From Limnochordia bacterium (GTDB lineage: Bacteria; Bacillota; Limnochordia; DTU080; RSA5): a stretch of DNA of 64,000 nucleotides. Each line of letters opens with the position of its first letter. Positions within the stretch are counted from its first letter, which is position 1. Positions 9,689-19,667 of the stretch are shown piece by piece. The notes beneath the pieces were generated by a model. That model was not told where the DNA came from and made no database searches. It saw nothing but the letters and a program-made list of their open reading frames with translations. The DNA is taken from assembly GCA_041686855.1 (NCBI GenBank), contig JAWLDA010000005.1, forward strand, positions 203,222 to 267,221, read 5' to 3'. The position numbers and the translations under genes are program-made.

Positions 9689-11068
9689 TTAGGCTGTCGC
9701 TGGACGGTAGAGATTCCAACTGCCGATCGCATCCGGATTCCCTGTGTCGTCCGCCAGCAGCTCCTCGTAATTCTCTGCCGCTTTGCGGAACGCGTTGGCG
9801 TACTCTTCGATGATTTGGGGGCGGTAGTGCTTAAACCACGGTATGCTGTAGAGTCGAGCGCTGATCGAGTCGGTGACAGGCAGATCCCGGTCGAGCTCGC
9901 GCACGTCCCTGGATGTATGAGCGATGCGAGTCGGCTTGCCGTCTCCATACACGTCGGCCTCTTGAAAGAGCGGGTGTGTATGCAAGGGCTTGTTCGCTCC
10001 AGGACTGGTGGACGCACCTTCGGCGCGTACCGCGGCACAGAAGCGCTGGACGGAGAGACCGCCCAACTCCTCCGGTACGTAGATGCCCTTCGCAGCGTAC
10101 CAGCCCGCCATGTCCGACCCGGAGTCTTTGGGTGGCCGGTGTGCCCGCAGGCCAGGCACGCCCTCAAGCAGATCCCAGAAGTAGTTCATCGCTTTGCGAA
10201 TCTCTTGACAACGCTCGTCGTAATATTTGAGTTGCACCCGGCCGACCGCAGCGCTTAACTGGTGCATGCGGTACTTGTAACCGCCCAGGGGCAGTCCGGC
10301 CATCGGCGTTAGATCTTCGGATTGGACGAAATTATCGTTGTAGCGATCGTAGTGGCCAAGCGCGATGCCGCGCTCGTAGATCTCCCGATCGTTGGTGGTC
10401 AAGATGCCGGCTTCTCCGATAGCAAAGGACTTGCCTGCCATCAACGAGGCGGCGCCGACATGGCCGATCGAGCCGAGCTTGCGTCCCTTATACAGCCCAC
10501 CTTGGGCGTGGGAGACGTCCTCGATCACTTTGATGCCGTGCTTCTCGGCAATCGCCATAATCGGGTCCATGTCGCAGGGGTGACCGACGTAGTGAACGAC
10601 AATGATCGCTTTGGTGCGGTCTGAAATCCGTTTCTCGATGTCGTTAGGATCGATACATAGGGTTGTCGGATCCACATCGGCGAAGACCACGGTGCCACCA
10701 AGCGAGTAGACCGGCAAACAAGACGCCCAGTAGGTGAGACTGGGGCAAATCACTTCGTCTCCCCGCCGCACGCCGCACGCCCACATCGCCGCCTGCAGAG
10801 CGGCCGTGCCGTTGTGGAATCCGAGAGCGTACTCGGTTCCCTGCCATGCGGCGTACTCTTTCTCAAACTGTTGAGTGACGTCGGTTTGCGACATCGCACC
10901 ACGACGCAGTACCTCGAGGGCGGCTGCTTCGTCCTCCTCGGTGATAATCGGCCATTTGAACATGTCGCCCGCAGGTGACTGGACAGCTTTAGGTCCTCCA
11001 AATAGGGCCAATTGCGACTGGGTACTCAATCTAATGGGCTCCTTTCGTATTGCCAACGATGCGTTCAA
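9689..11068 (-). CDS. DegT/DnrJ/EryC1/StrS-family PLP aminotransferase (sugar aminotransferase) with a C-terminal extension
   Basis: The family core and the PLP-lysine region (LMAGKSFAIGEAG) are recognisable. It is 459 aa, compared with about 370-400 aa typical for the family. Confidence 0.75.
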   Translation of the reverse strand: MNASLAIRKEPIRLSTQSQLALFGGPKAVQSPAGDMFKWPIITEEDEAAALEVLRRGAMSQTDVTQQFEKEYAAWQGTEYALGFHNGTAALQAAMWACGVRRGDEVICPSLTYWASCLPVYSLGGTVVFADVDPTTLCIDPNDIEKRISDRTKAIIVVHYVGHPCDMDPIMAIAEKHGIKVIEDVSHAQGGLYKGRKLGSIGHVGAASLMAGKSFAIGEAGILTTNDREIYERGIALGHYDRYNDNFVQSEDLTPMAGLPLGGYKYRMHQLSAAVGRVQLKYYDERCQEIRKAMNYFWDLLEGVPGLRAHRPPKDSGSDMAGWYAAKGIYVPEELGGLSVQRFCAAVRAEGASTSPGANKPLHTHPLFQEADVYGDGKPTRIAHTSRDVRELDRDLPVTDSISARLYSIPWFKHYRPQIIEEYANAFRKAAENYEELLADDTGNPDAIGSWNLYRPATA

Positions 11069-11193
11069 CGCGTCACCATTTTATTCAGCGGGAACTTAAA
11101 AGCCCCTTCATAATTTCTTGCGTTTTCCAGAAAAAATGGCAATAGCGCGTTTCGAGGACGGGGCAATAGGAAATGGAAGGAGAATCTTGAAAA

Positions 11194-11207
11194 GTATCCT
11201 AGGATAC
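11194..11207. promoter_or_regulatory. Perfect 14-bp palindrome GTATCCTAGGATAC, candidate operator
   Basis: It is an exact reverse-complement palindrome 20 bp upstream of the ROK gene start, in the divergent DegT/ROK intergenic region. Confidence 0.35.
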
Positions 11208-11226
11208 GCGAAAGGATGGCACCCCG

Positions 11227-12441
11227 GTGTATGAGTCCGACTCATTACGTGGATTAATCGTCCGATACGGGAGTCTCATCAGTAATATTATCGAACGGGG
11301 GCCGCTGACGCGGGGCCAACTTGGCGCCGCTCTCAAAGTAGCCCAACCGACGATTACGCGTCGAACGATGGAGCTGATCGAGGCCGGCCTGCTTTACGAG
11401 GGTGAAATTGCCTCGGAAGAGAGTCGCTTGGGCCGGCCTTCCAGAAGACTTCACGTTAACTCCGATGCAGCGTATGTGGCGGCGCTCCACTTGGGCCGTG
11501 TCGACGTCGAGATCGGCCTGGTCAACCTGGCCGGCGAAGTGGTCGCTAAACGGACGCTCGACGCGGATCCGGCCGAGGAGGAGGCGCCGGTTGAGTCGAT
11601 CGACCGCGCCGTTGACGCACTGGGATCGCTGTGGGACCAAATCGAGATTCCCCACACAAAGGTTTTGGGCTTGGGTGTCGCTACTACCGGCGTCGTCGAC
11701 GCAGCGACCGGCACCGAAGCCCGCTTTTGGTTGCGGGGTGGACGTCTGGTCCGCACCGACGTTCCGGTGCGAGAGCGACTCGCTGCGACAGTGACGCTGC
11801 CAACGGTGATCGAGACCAATGCGTGGGCGATGGCGATGGGCGATCGCTGGTTTGGCAACCGGATGAGAGACTTTGCGCTCTTTCATGTGAATGCCGGCGC
11901 CGCTGCGGCGCTGGTCGTAAACGGCGCGCTTTATCGAGGGCAAGGCGCCGCAGGAGAGATCGCGCACACGCGCGTTGGTGGCAGTCGCCGTCCGTGTTCA
12001 TGCGGGAAGAGGGGATGTTTGGAGGCCGTCGTTTCGAGGGCTGCGATCCTGGCTGAGGTCGAACGGTATCAGAAGGTGTCGAGCATCTGGGACGTCGTGG
12101 AGTTGGCCAATAGCGGAGATCCCGACGTGCTGGAAGTCCTTGCCGAATGCGCTGAGGCGATTGGTCCGGCGTGCACGTCGATCGTCGACCTGTTGGATCC
12201 CAGGGCGCTCGTCGTCTCGGGTCCAATCTTTAGCGTGCCGCATGTCTTTAACGCAGTCGAAGAGTTTGTACGCCAAAATTCATTTACCGGACGTATGGGC
12301 CGAGTGCAGGTTTGTCGCTCACCATTGGCGGCGGACATCGCCCTCGTCGGCGCCGGCAGCCTTGTCATCGGTTCGGTGCTCTCCGGGTCGTTGCCGCGCC
12401 TGCGCCGGACAACCCGCAAGAGCATGGCCAAGTCGAGCTGA
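11227..12441 (+). CDS. ROK-family transcriptional regulator (NagC/XylR-like)
   Basis: An N-terminal wHTH and the ROK zinc motif CSCGKRGCLE are present. GTG start at 11227 with AAAGGA 10 nt upstream. Confidence 0.7.
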   Translation: MYESDSLRGLIVRYGSLISNIIERGPLTRGQLGAALKVAQPTITRRTMELIEAGLLYEGEIASEESRLGRPSRRLHVNSDAAYVAALHLGRVDVEIGLVNLAGEVVAKRTLDADPAEEEAPVESIDRAVDALGSLWDQIEIPHTKVLGLGVATTGVVDAATGTEARFWLRGGRLVRTDVPVRERLAATVTLPTVIETNAWAMAMGDRWFGNRMRDFALFHVNAGAAAALVVNGALYRGQGAAGEIAHTRVGGSRRPCSCGKRGCLEAVVSRAAILAEVERYQKVSSIWDVVELANSGDPDVLEVLAECAEAIGPACTSIVDLLDPRALVVSGPIFSVPHVFNAVEEFVRQNSFTGRMGRVQVCRSPLAADIALVGAGSLVIGSVLSGSLPRLRRTTRKSMAKSS

Positions 12442-12494
12442 GTACGACCGTACCTTACGCTGTTGACGACTATCTAGGAGGTTGCACGTTACAC

Positions 12495-13532
12495 ATGGCT
12501 GAGAAAAAGCTTAAATTAGGTATCCTTGGTCTGGGTCGCAGTGGTTGGAACATTCACGCCCGTGGGGTAAAGGACCATGCGCTCTTTACCGTGGCTGCGG
12601 TGGCCGATCCCGTCGCAGAGCGGCGTCAAGAGGCGATCGATACGTTTGGATGTAAAGCGTACGAGGAGCCGCAAGGGGTGATCGCCGACTCCGACGTCGA
12701 TGTAGTGGTCGTCGCGACGCCGTCTCACACGCACGTGCCCCTAGCGGTTCAAGCGCTTGAATCCGGCAAGCACGTCATCGTGGAGAAGCCGATGGCTGAG
12801 AAGGCGAGCGACATCGATACGATGATTCAAAAGGCCAAGGAGACGGGGCGGCACGTCACCTGCTATCAGCCGCGTCGCTTCGACGCAGAGTACCTGGCCA
12901 TCCGCTCGCTCATCGACGAAGGCCGGTTGGGCCGCATCGTCATGGTGCGTCGTACCGCACACGGCTTCCAACGTCGAGCCGACTGGCAGATGCTGCGCAA
13001 GTACGGCGGTGGCGAACTCTCCAACACGGGTCCGCACCTCCTCGATCAGGTGCTCCAGCTCTTGGGCGAAGGGGAGCTCGAGGTGTTTGCCGACCTGCAA
13101 CATACCGTTGGCGCGGGAGACGCCGAGGACCACGCCAAGGTAGTTATCAAGAGTGCGTCGGGTGCCGTCGCGGACGTAGAGATTACACGCTGCAGCGCCT
13201 TCACGCAAGAGCCTTGGTTTATCATGGGCACGCAGGGCGCCGTCAAGGGTACCACCAAGGAGCTTCACGTGAAGTGGTACGATCCGTCCACCCTAGGTGA
13301 GCTCGTCGTCGAGGAGGGCCCCGCCGCCGGCCGCCGCTACGGGACGGGCGAGGAGATCGAGTGGCACGAAGAAGTGATCACGCCAAAGCTCGAGGCGCCT
13401 CAGGTGGTCCAGTTCTACAACGCGTTCTACGACACCATCGTCAACGGCGCGCCGTTGTTCGTTACGCCTGAGAGCATCCGCACCCAAATCGAAGTGATCG
13501 ACCGGGCGCGCCAGGTAGCCAACTACGCCTAG
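12495..13532 (+). CDS. Gfo/Idh/MocA-family NAD(P)-dependent oxidoreductase
   Basis: The N-terminus MAEKKLKLGILGLGRSGWNIH carries the Rossmann GxGxxG motif. ATG at 12495 follows AGGAGG. The ORF extension up to 12312 overlaps the ROK gene and was rejected. Confidence 0.75.
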   Translation: MAEKKLKLGILGLGRSGWNIHARGVKDHALFTVAAVADPVAERRQEAIDTFGCKAYEEPQGVIADSDVDVVVVATPSHTHVPLAVQALESGKHVIVEKPMAEKASDIDTMIQKAKETGRHVTCYQPRRFDAEYLAIRSLIDEGRLGRIVMVRRTAHGFQRRADWQMLRKYGGGELSNTGPHLLDQVLQLLGEGELEVFADLQHTVGAGDAEDHAKVVIKSASGAVADVEITRCSAFTQEPWFIMGTQGAVKGTTKELHVKWYDPSTLGELVVEEGPAAGRRYGTGEEIEWHEEVITPKLEAPQVVQFYNAFYDTIVNGAPLFVTPESIRTQIEVIDRARQVANYA

Positions 13533-13588
13533 GCCCGCTCTTTATAGAGAACGCCGGTAAGAGCGCCGGCTCCATACGTAAGTAGCCT

Positions 13589-13641
13589 GACGCCTGTGAC
13601 CATGCCCTTTAAAGGGTGGTTGCGGGCGTCTTTTTTTGTTT
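13589..13641 (+). terminator. Rho-independent terminator
   Basis: A GACGCC...GGCGTC stem with a nested CCCTTTAAAGGG palindrome, followed by TTTTTTTGTTTG. Confidence 0.6.
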
Positions 13642-13678
13642 GCCTTGCCACAACCCACCTTAACCGGCGGCCATTCTC

Positions 13679-13709
13679 TTGAGGGAGACTATAAGGGTCC
13701 ATGTACAAT
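13679..13709 (+). promoter_or_regulatory. Sigma-70-type promoter (TTGAGG, 17-nt spacer, TG-n-TACAAT)
   Basis: -35 TTGAGG at 13679-13684 and extended -10 TGTACAAT at 13702-13709. A purine-rich RBS and the GTG start at 13729 follow. Confidence 0.5.
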
Positions 13710-13728
13710 GGGGGAGTAGGAAGGGGAT

Positions 13729-15165
13729 GTGATCGTGCTGGGAAGAGTGAGCTGGAGCGGGAGTCTGGGTCGGCGGTCGGGAATCGTCGTGGCGCTCGTT
13801 CTCGTGCTGGTGACAGCGCTTGGATGCTCGGCCCCCTCCGACGATTCGTCGCCGGGCGGGCAATCACAGGCGGAGGGGGCACGCGAACTGCCCGCCGCCG
13901 ATAACTCGGCCGGTGCTTTCGTCGAGTCATTCACCCTTGAGAACGGGTTACAGGTTTACGTCACTGAGCGTCGGAGCGCACCGGTGGTTACGGTCATGCT
14001 CGGTTATCAAGTGGGCTCGCGGGACGAGCCGATTGGAAAGCGGGGAATGGCTCATCTCTTCGAGCACATGCTGTTTAAAGGGACGCCTCAGTTTGGACCG
14101 GGAGAGTACGATCGCCTGATTCAGTCGGTCGGCGGTTCACTCAACGCATTCACGTCGTTCGACATGACAGGGTACTGGGCTACGGTCCCCTCGTCCCGAC
14201 TCGACCTCGTCCTTCAGCTGGAAGCGGATCGTATGGAGAACACCTTGATCACCGAAGAGGCGCTGAAGAGTGAGCGGGAGGTCGTGAAGGAGGAGTACCG
14301 CCTGCGCATGCAAAACGCCCCGGGCGGACTCGCGGTGAATCACCTCTTCGCGTCGGTCTTCAAGGAAACGCCGTACGCCTGGACAGCAAGCGGCTTTCTC
14401 GAGGACCTTGATCAGATTGCGACGGATGATTTGCTTCGTTTTTACAGGCAGTATTACTCGGTGAACAATGCGGTCCTCGTCGTCGTCGGCGATGTCGAGC
14501 CGGACCAAGTCTCCGACCTGGTCAAACGGCACTTTGGTGATCTGCAGCCGCGGACCCAACCCGAGCGAGAGTCGGTGGAGGCCCGCTCCATTCCTGAGGG
14601 CCGACCCGTAGCGGAGGTCGTCTATCCGGTCCAGGCACCGCTGTTGGTGGGCGTCTACATGCTGCCTGCAGCGGGAGACCCCGATGCTCCAGCGTTGGAG
14701 GTGTTGGGCGCGCTGCTCTCTCTCGGCGAAAGCAGCCGGATGCATGACGAGGTGGTGCGCACTCGGCAAGTGGCAGTGGCAGCCTCCGCCGGCCCACTCA
14801 CGCTTAAGGATGCCGGCCTGTTTGTGTTGGAGGCGGTGCATACCCCCGCTGTCTCTGTAAACCAGGTCAAAGAGGCGCTCGAAAGCGTGGTTGCCGGGGT
14901 TGTCGCGAGCCCGCCGACTTCGGATGAGTTGCGCAAGGCAATCAATCAACTCACGCTCGTGCACGCCCTGCAGCTTGACTCAGTGCACAGTACGGCGATG
15001 GGCCTCGCCGAGGCGACACTCCTCTCCGGCGATCCCACGACATTCACTCAGGCCCTCGAACGGTATCGCGCGGTCAGTGTTGACGACGTGGTTAGAGTCG
15101 CCAAGGAGTACCTGGTAAGCCAATCGGCCCAGTGGGTGAGCGTCGCGCCGGGCGAGGATTCTTAA
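13729..15165 (+). CDS. M16-family zinc peptidase (insulinase-like), lipoprotein
   Basis: The inverted zinc motif HLFEHMLFKG (HxxEH) is present. The N-terminal signal peptide carries a lipobox-like LGC. Confidence 0.75.
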   Translation: MIVLGRVSWSGSLGRRSGIVVALVLVLVTALGCSAPSDDSSPGGQSQAEGARELPAADNSAGAFVESFTLENGLQVYVTERRSAPVVTVMLGYQVGSRDEPIGKRGMAHLFEHMLFKGTPQFGPGEYDRLIQSVGGSLNAFTSFDMTGYWATVPSSRLDLVLQLEADRMENTLITEEALKSEREVVKEEYRLRMQNAPGGLAVNHLFASVFKETPYAWTASGFLEDLDQIATDDLLRFYRQYYSVNNAVLVVVGDVEPDQVSDLVKRHFGDLQPRTQPERESVEARSIPEGRPVAEVVYPVQAPLLVGVYMLPAAGDPDAPALEVLGALLSLGESSRMHDEVVRTRQVAVAASAGPLTLKDAGLFVLEAVHTPAVSVNQVKEALESVVAGVVASPPTSDELRKAINQLTLVHALQLDSVHSTAMGLAEATLLSGDPTTFTQALERYRAVSVDDVVRVAKEYLVSQSAQWVSVAPGEDS

Positions 15166-15189
15166 GCGGAACGAGGAGGTTGAGGACGA

Positions 15190-16671
15190 GTGAGAAGACA
15201 GATACGCATGATGGGGCGACGATCCGGGGCGTTGGTCGTGCTCATCCTATTGGCCGCCGCCGCAGGAGTGGGAGGCTCTTTGCCGCTGATGGCGGCGACG
15301 GACCAAAGCCTAAAGCCCACGCCGATCGAGATCAATCTGCCTGAGGTGACTGAGACGACGTTGCCTAACGGTCTCCGACTCATTGTAATGGAGCGCCACA
15401 GTGCACCGTTGGTCAACCTGTCGCTGGTGGTGCCCGTCGGACACGTTCACAGCCCTCGTGAACAACCGCTTTTGGCTGAGATGACCGCCGTCTTGTTGGA
15501 GGGTGGGACCGAGCGCCTTAGCGCACGGGAGCTGGCCAAGCAGCTGGAGGAGCTGGGGGCAAACGTGAGCGCCTCGACGGCTGCGGACGATTCGACCTTG
15601 AGCGTGACGGCCGTCTCGCACGAGTACCAGCAAGCGTTGGCTCTCTTAGCGGAGATGGTGACGGGGCCGGCGTTCCCTGAAGCGGAGCTCGCGTTGCGCA
15701 AAGAGATGACTCACGCCGCGCTTGACGGTATGAGGGACGATCCGGCTCTGTTAGCTAAGGCGCACGCCGAGGCCATGGTGTACGGCTCGGGGCATCCTTT
15801 GGGAGCGTATCCGACGCACGCGGAGGTTGACGCATTGAAGGTCGGCGATCTGCGCTCCTTTTACCGACAGCACTGGCGGCCACAGGGAGCGAGGCTTCTA
15901 GTAGTCGGTGACGTACGGACAGACGACGTCGTTGCCGCGGTGACGGAGCAGTTTGGACGTTGGAAGGAGAACGCCGACGCTCCGGCCGACCCGACGCCAC
16001 CCGCGGGAGTACGTGCGCTGAAGGGGCCGCGTGTCCGCTTCGTCGAGAAGCCCGGTCTCTCTCAGGTCTCCATCCACCTCATGCAGCCGGGCATCCCTTG
16101 GAACGATCCGCGGCACATCCCGAGCGGTATGTTCACGGCTGCCCTCGGAAACGCGGGATTCTCCTCACGATTGATGGGAACAGTGCGTGATCGAGACGGT
16201 CTGACGTACGGCGTGAGTGCCACACAGTCGTCGACAGCGCAGAGTGGCACCTACTCTATCGCCACGTTTACCGGCACGGAGACGTTGGGGGCGATGATGC
16301 AAACGTTACGTAAGGAAGTGACCACCTTTGTAAGAGACGGCGTCACCCCTGACGAGCTGGACGTGGTGAAGTCACTCTGGGTCGGCTCGTATCCCATGCG
16401 CTTTGACTCGTTGGCGGGGATGGTCGGTGAAGTGCGGCGGGCGCTCTCACGCGGTGAGACGCTCTCGGCGCTTGAGCGTCGGGCATTTACCTACGACTCG
16501 GTGCAGTTGGAGCAGGTGAATCGGACGCTGAAGGAGTTGCTCTCACCGGACTCCTGGGTGATCGTGTTGGTCGGCGATCCGGCGGCCCTCCAGGAGGCGC
16601 CCAATGAGATTTGGGGCGTGCCGCTGGAAAAGGTCGAGCGCGTAAGCTGGACGGACCCGATCGACGGATAA
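15190..16671 (+). CDS. M16-family peptidase, non-catalytic partner subunit (no HxxEH)
   Basis: M16 fold-like composition and a signal peptide, but no HxxEH motif. GTG start at 15190 with RBS GAGGAGG 9 nt upstream. Confidence 0.65.
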   Translation: MRRQIRMMGRRSGALVVLILLAAAAGVGGSLPLMAATDQSLKPTPIEINLPEVTETTLPNGLRLIVMERHSAPLVNLSLVVPVGHVHSPREQPLLAEMTAVLLEGGTERLSARELAKQLEELGANVSASTAADDSTLSVTAVSHEYQQALALLAEMVTGPAFPEAELALRKEMTHAALDGMRDDPALLAKAHAEAMVYGSGHPLGAYPTHAEVDALKVGDLRSFYRQHWRPQGARLLVVGDVRTDDVVAAVTEQFGRWKENADAPADPTPPAGVRALKGPRVRFVEKPGLSQVSIHLMQPGIPWNDPRHIPSGMFTAALGNAGFSSRLMGTVRDRDGLTYGVSATQSSTAQSGTYSIATFTGTETLGAMMQTLRKEVTTFVRDGVTPDELDVVKSLWVGSYPMRFDSLAGMVGEVRRALSRGETLSALERRAFTYDSVQLEQVNRTLKELLSPDSWVIVLVGDPAALQEAPNEIWGVPLEKVERVSWTDPIDG

Positions 16672-16698
16672 TCGCCGACAAATCGGCAGAGAAGAAGA

Positions 16699-16725
16699 GG
16701 CCGGCGTCCATCGAGACGCCGCGCC
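16699..16725. terminator. Short GC hairpin between convergent genes (candidate bidirectional terminator)
   Basis: Stem CGGCGTC / GACGCCG with loop CATCGA. Flanking runs are pyrimidine-rich rather than clean U-tracts. Confidence 0.35.
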
Positions 16726-16761
16726 CCTTCTCATAGGATCCCTCATAATATGGCATATGGC

Positions 16762-18351
16762 TCAGTAGGGTTTGGCGGGATGCGAGTGCTTTTCGGCGTC
16801 TTTCACCGCTTCGTCGGTGTGGGCGGCTCCGATGGGGGCGCCGTCCTGTGTCATGTCGTCGTTCATGCTCGCCGCTCTGGCCAGGCCTTCGGCCACTCGG
16901 CGACCGTAAGCTGGATCGCACTTGGTGAACATTTCGATCATCCGGTCCTTGATGTGCTGCCGACAGGGCTTTAGCGTATTCACCAAGTTGGTGATCAGCT
17001 CGTCGCGCTCCCAATCGGTGAGCACCTCGCGGTAAGTGACGCCGGCGTACTTGTAGTCGACCTCCCCGGAGCGCTCAACCGTCTCCCGCACGAGGCGTCC
17101 CTCTATGCGGGGGGTGTGCTCCCTACCCGAGCGGGTCCCTTCCACGAGCCCGTTGAGTGACGAGGGCTCGTAATTGATATGCGGATTCTGACCGGGGGCA
17201 GTGTCGACCTGGTACGACATCTGCCCACCCCGCTGATGGGTCGCGACATGCGTCTTAGGCGCGTTGATCGGGAGTTGTAGGTAGTTACTGCCCACACGGT
17301 AGCGCTGGGTGTCCGAGTACGAGAATGTCCGCCCCTGCAGCATCTTATCGTCGGAGAAGTCGAGCCCGTCGACGAGAACCCCTGTTCCGAAGGCAGCCTG
17401 CTCCACCTCGTTAAAATAATCGATGGGGTTGCGGTCGAGGACCATGCGCCCGACAGGCAAGAAGGGAAACTGATCTTCCGGCCAAAGCTTGGTGTCGTCG
17501 AGGGGATCGAAGTCAAGCTCAGGGTGCTCGCTGTCGTTCATGATCTGGACGCAAAGCTCCCACTCGGGGTAGTCGCCCCGCTCGATCGCTTCGTAAAGGT
17601 CTTGGGTTGCGTGATTATAGTTGCGACCTTGGATTGACTCGGCCTCTGCCTGTGTCAGATTTTTGATGCCCTGCTTTGGCTCCCAGTGATATTTGACGAG
17701 GACGGCTTCGCCGTCGGCGTTCACCCACTTGTAGGTGTTGACGCCCGAGCCCTGCATCTGGCGGTAGTTGGCCGGAATGCCCCACGGCGAGAAGAGAAAG
17801 GTGATCATGTTGAGCGACTCCGGGTGATGCATGATAAAGTCAAAGATGCGCTCGCCGTCTTGGATGTTGGTAATCGGGTCGGGCTTAAACGCATGGATGA
17901 GATCAGGGAACTTGATTGCGTCTCGAATAAAGAAGATTTTGAGGTTGTTGCCGACCAGATCCCAGTTGCCGTCCTCGGTATAAAATTTTGTGGCAAACCC
18001 TCGAGGATCGCGAAGTGTCTCCGGAGAGTGCCCGCCGTGCGTGACGGTCGAGAAGCGGACGAAGACCGGTGTGCGCTTCCCTTCCTCCTGAAAGAGCTTG
18101 GCTCGCGTGTACTTGGAAATGGGCTCGTTGCCCACACGTCCGTAACTCTCAAAGTAACCGTGTGCCCCCGCGCCGCGGGCATGGACGACGCGTTCGGGGA
18201 CCCGTTCTCGGTCAAAGTGCGAGATCTTCTCGATAAAGTGGTAGTTCTCGAGCGTCGCCGGTCCGCGGTTGCCGACAGTGCGCATGTTTTGATTGTTGGC
18301 GACGGGATGTCCCTGCCGGGTGGTCAGGGTCTTGTTGCCATCGTTCTCCAA
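16762..18351 (-). CDS. Monofunctional heme catalase
   Basis: A typical clade-3 catalase N-terminus ([21 protein letters not shown]) and a distal heme region are present. Confidence 0.9.
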   Translation of the reverse strand: MENDGNKTLTTRQGHPVANNQNMRTVGNRGPATLENYHFIEKISHFDRERVPERVVHARGAGAHGYFESYGRVGNEPISKYTRAKLFQEEGKRTPVFVRFSTVTHGGHSPETLRDPRGFATKFYTEDGNWDLVGNNLKIFFIRDAIKFPDLIHAFKPDPITNIQDGERIFDFIMHHPESLNMITFLFSPWGIPANYRQMQGSGVNTYKWVNADGEAVLVKYHWEPKQGIKNLTQAEAESIQGRNYNHATQDLYEAIERGDYPEWELCVQIMNDSEHPELDFDPLDDTKLWPEDQFPFLPVGRMVLDRNPIDYFNEVEQAAFGTGVLVDGLDFSDDKMLQGRTFSYSDTQRYRVGSNYLQLPINAPKTHVATHQRGGQMSYQVDTAPGQNPHINYEPSSLNGLVEGTRSGREHTPRIEGRLVRETVERSGEVDYKYAGVTYREVLTDWERDELITNLVNTLKPCRQHIKDRMIEMFTKCDPAYGRRVAEGLARAASMNDDMTQDGAPIGAAHTDEAVKDAEKHSHPAKPY

Positions 18352-18461
18352 GGCACAAACCTCCTATGACGGTGCATTCCGTTAAAGAGTTTCCGTGCCC
18401 CTTCGCTGTTATACTCCGCACGAACGATGCCGGGCTTGGGCGTGGGTGGCCTGTCCCATCG

Positions 18462-19553
18462 CTACCGTCCCGCCGGCGCCACCCCGCGATACTGCGGCGG
18501 CCAGTACGGCAGGGAAGCCCCCAAGGTCTCAGCCGCCCGTCTGGGCCAGTAGGGGTCGCGTAGGAGTTCGCGCGCCAGGAGTATGATGTCGGCGTCGCCG
18601 CGCTCCAGGATCGACTCCGCCTGCTCGGGTTGGGTGATGAGGCCGACGGCTCCGGTGGCGATCCCGGCCTCGGACCGAATCTGGGCAGCGAAAGGCACTT
18701 GGTAACCGGGCGCTGCCGGAATCTTCGCCTGTGGCACGGTTCCCCCTGAAGAGGTATCAATCAGGTCAACGGCGAGTGATTTGAGCCGGCGGCTCAGTTC
18801 GACACTTTGATCGACGTCCCAACCGCCCTCATCGAGCCAATCAGTGGCGGAGATGCGGACCCAGAGGGGGAGTCGCTCCGGCCAGACTCGCCGTACGGCT
18901 TGGACCACCTCTGTGAGGAGGCGGATGCGTCCCTCAAAGGAGCCACCGTACGCGTCCGTGCGTCGGTTAGTCACCGGCGATAGGAATTGGTGCAGCAGGT
19001 ATCCGTGCGCCGCGTGAATCTCGACGACGTCGAATCCCGCCTCCAGTGAGCGACGGGCCGCGGATGCGAACGAGGCGACGACCTCCTTGATTCCTCCCGC
19101 GTCGAGTTGGTTCGGTATTGGATCTCCTTCGTTAAAAGGGATCGGGCTGGGAGCGACCGGCTGCCAGCCCCCTGCCTCCCGAGGGACGGGGCCGCGCCCT
19201 TCCCAGGGTCTGTAGGTCGACGCCTTCCGGCCGGCATGAGCCAGCTGGATCGCGGGAACGGCCCCTTGGCTGCGAATAAACGCGGTGACTCTCGCCAAGG
19301 GTTCGACGTGGCGCTCTTCCCAAATGCCGAGGTCGTTAGGGCTGATCCGGCCCTCAGGCGTCACGGCGGTCGCTTCGGCCATCACCAGACCGGCCCCGCC
19401 GACGGCACGGCTGCCGAGATGGACGAGGTGCCAGTCGTTGGCGATACCGTCTTCGCAGGTGTACTGGCACATGGGTGAGACGGCGATTCGGTTGCGCAGA
19501 GTGATGTCGCGCATCCGTAGGGATGTAAACAGTCGTGGTTGCGATCCGTGCAT
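18462..19553 (-). CDS. NADH:flavin oxidoreductase, Old Yellow Enzyme family (YqjM/NamA-type)
   Basis: The N-terminal LFTSLRMRDITLRNRIAVSPMCQY motif is present. ATG at 19553 follows GGGAGTG. The ORF extension to 19577 would place the RBS inside the coding region. Confidence 0.8.
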   Translation of the reverse strand: MHGSQPRLFTSLRMRDITLRNRIAVSPMCQYTCEDGIANDWHLVHLGSRAVGGAGLVMAEATAVTPEGRISPNDLGIWEERHVEPLARVTAFIRSQGAVPAIQLAHAGRKASTYRPWEGRGPVPREAGGWQPVAPSPIPFNEGDPIPNQLDAGGIKEVVASFASAARRSLEAGFDVVEIHAAHGYLLHQFLSPVTNRRTDAYGGSFEGRIRLLTEVVQAVRRVWPERLPLWVRISATDWLDEGGWDVDQSVELSRRLKSLAVDLIDTSSGGTVPQAKIPAAPGYQVPFAAQIRSEAGIATGAVGLITQPEQAESILERGDADIILLARELLRDPYWPRRAAETLGASLPYWPPQYRGVAPAGR

Positions 19554-19589
19554 TAAAGTACACTCCCGGCTTGTCATCGATTATGGTAC

Positions 19590-19630
19590 AAAAAGGAGCC
19601 CCTCGCTGACGCTGGTTCGGCGAGGGGCTC
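19590..19630 (-). terminator. Rho-independent terminator after the Mn-catalase/coat-F operon
   Basis: An 11-bp stem GAGCCCCTCGC / GCGAGGGGCTC. On the minus strand it is followed by TTTTTGT. Confidence 0.6.
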
Positions 19631-19667
19631 TCCGATTCCTAGTTGGATATCATGGCACAAGGATGCC

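Noticed and set aside
12312-12494. 5' extension of the Gfo/Idh/MocA ORF back to 12312
   Set aside because: It overlaps the ROK gene. The family N-terminus (Rossmann GxGxxG) begins immediately after the ATG at 12495, which has an AGGAGG RBS.
19553-19590. Independent promoter for the OYE gene
   Set aside because: Only about 37 nt separate the upstream terminator T-run from the OYE start codon. I could not place a -35/-10 pair. Expression may rely on read-through or on a promoter inside the upstream gene. This is left unresolved rather than annotated.
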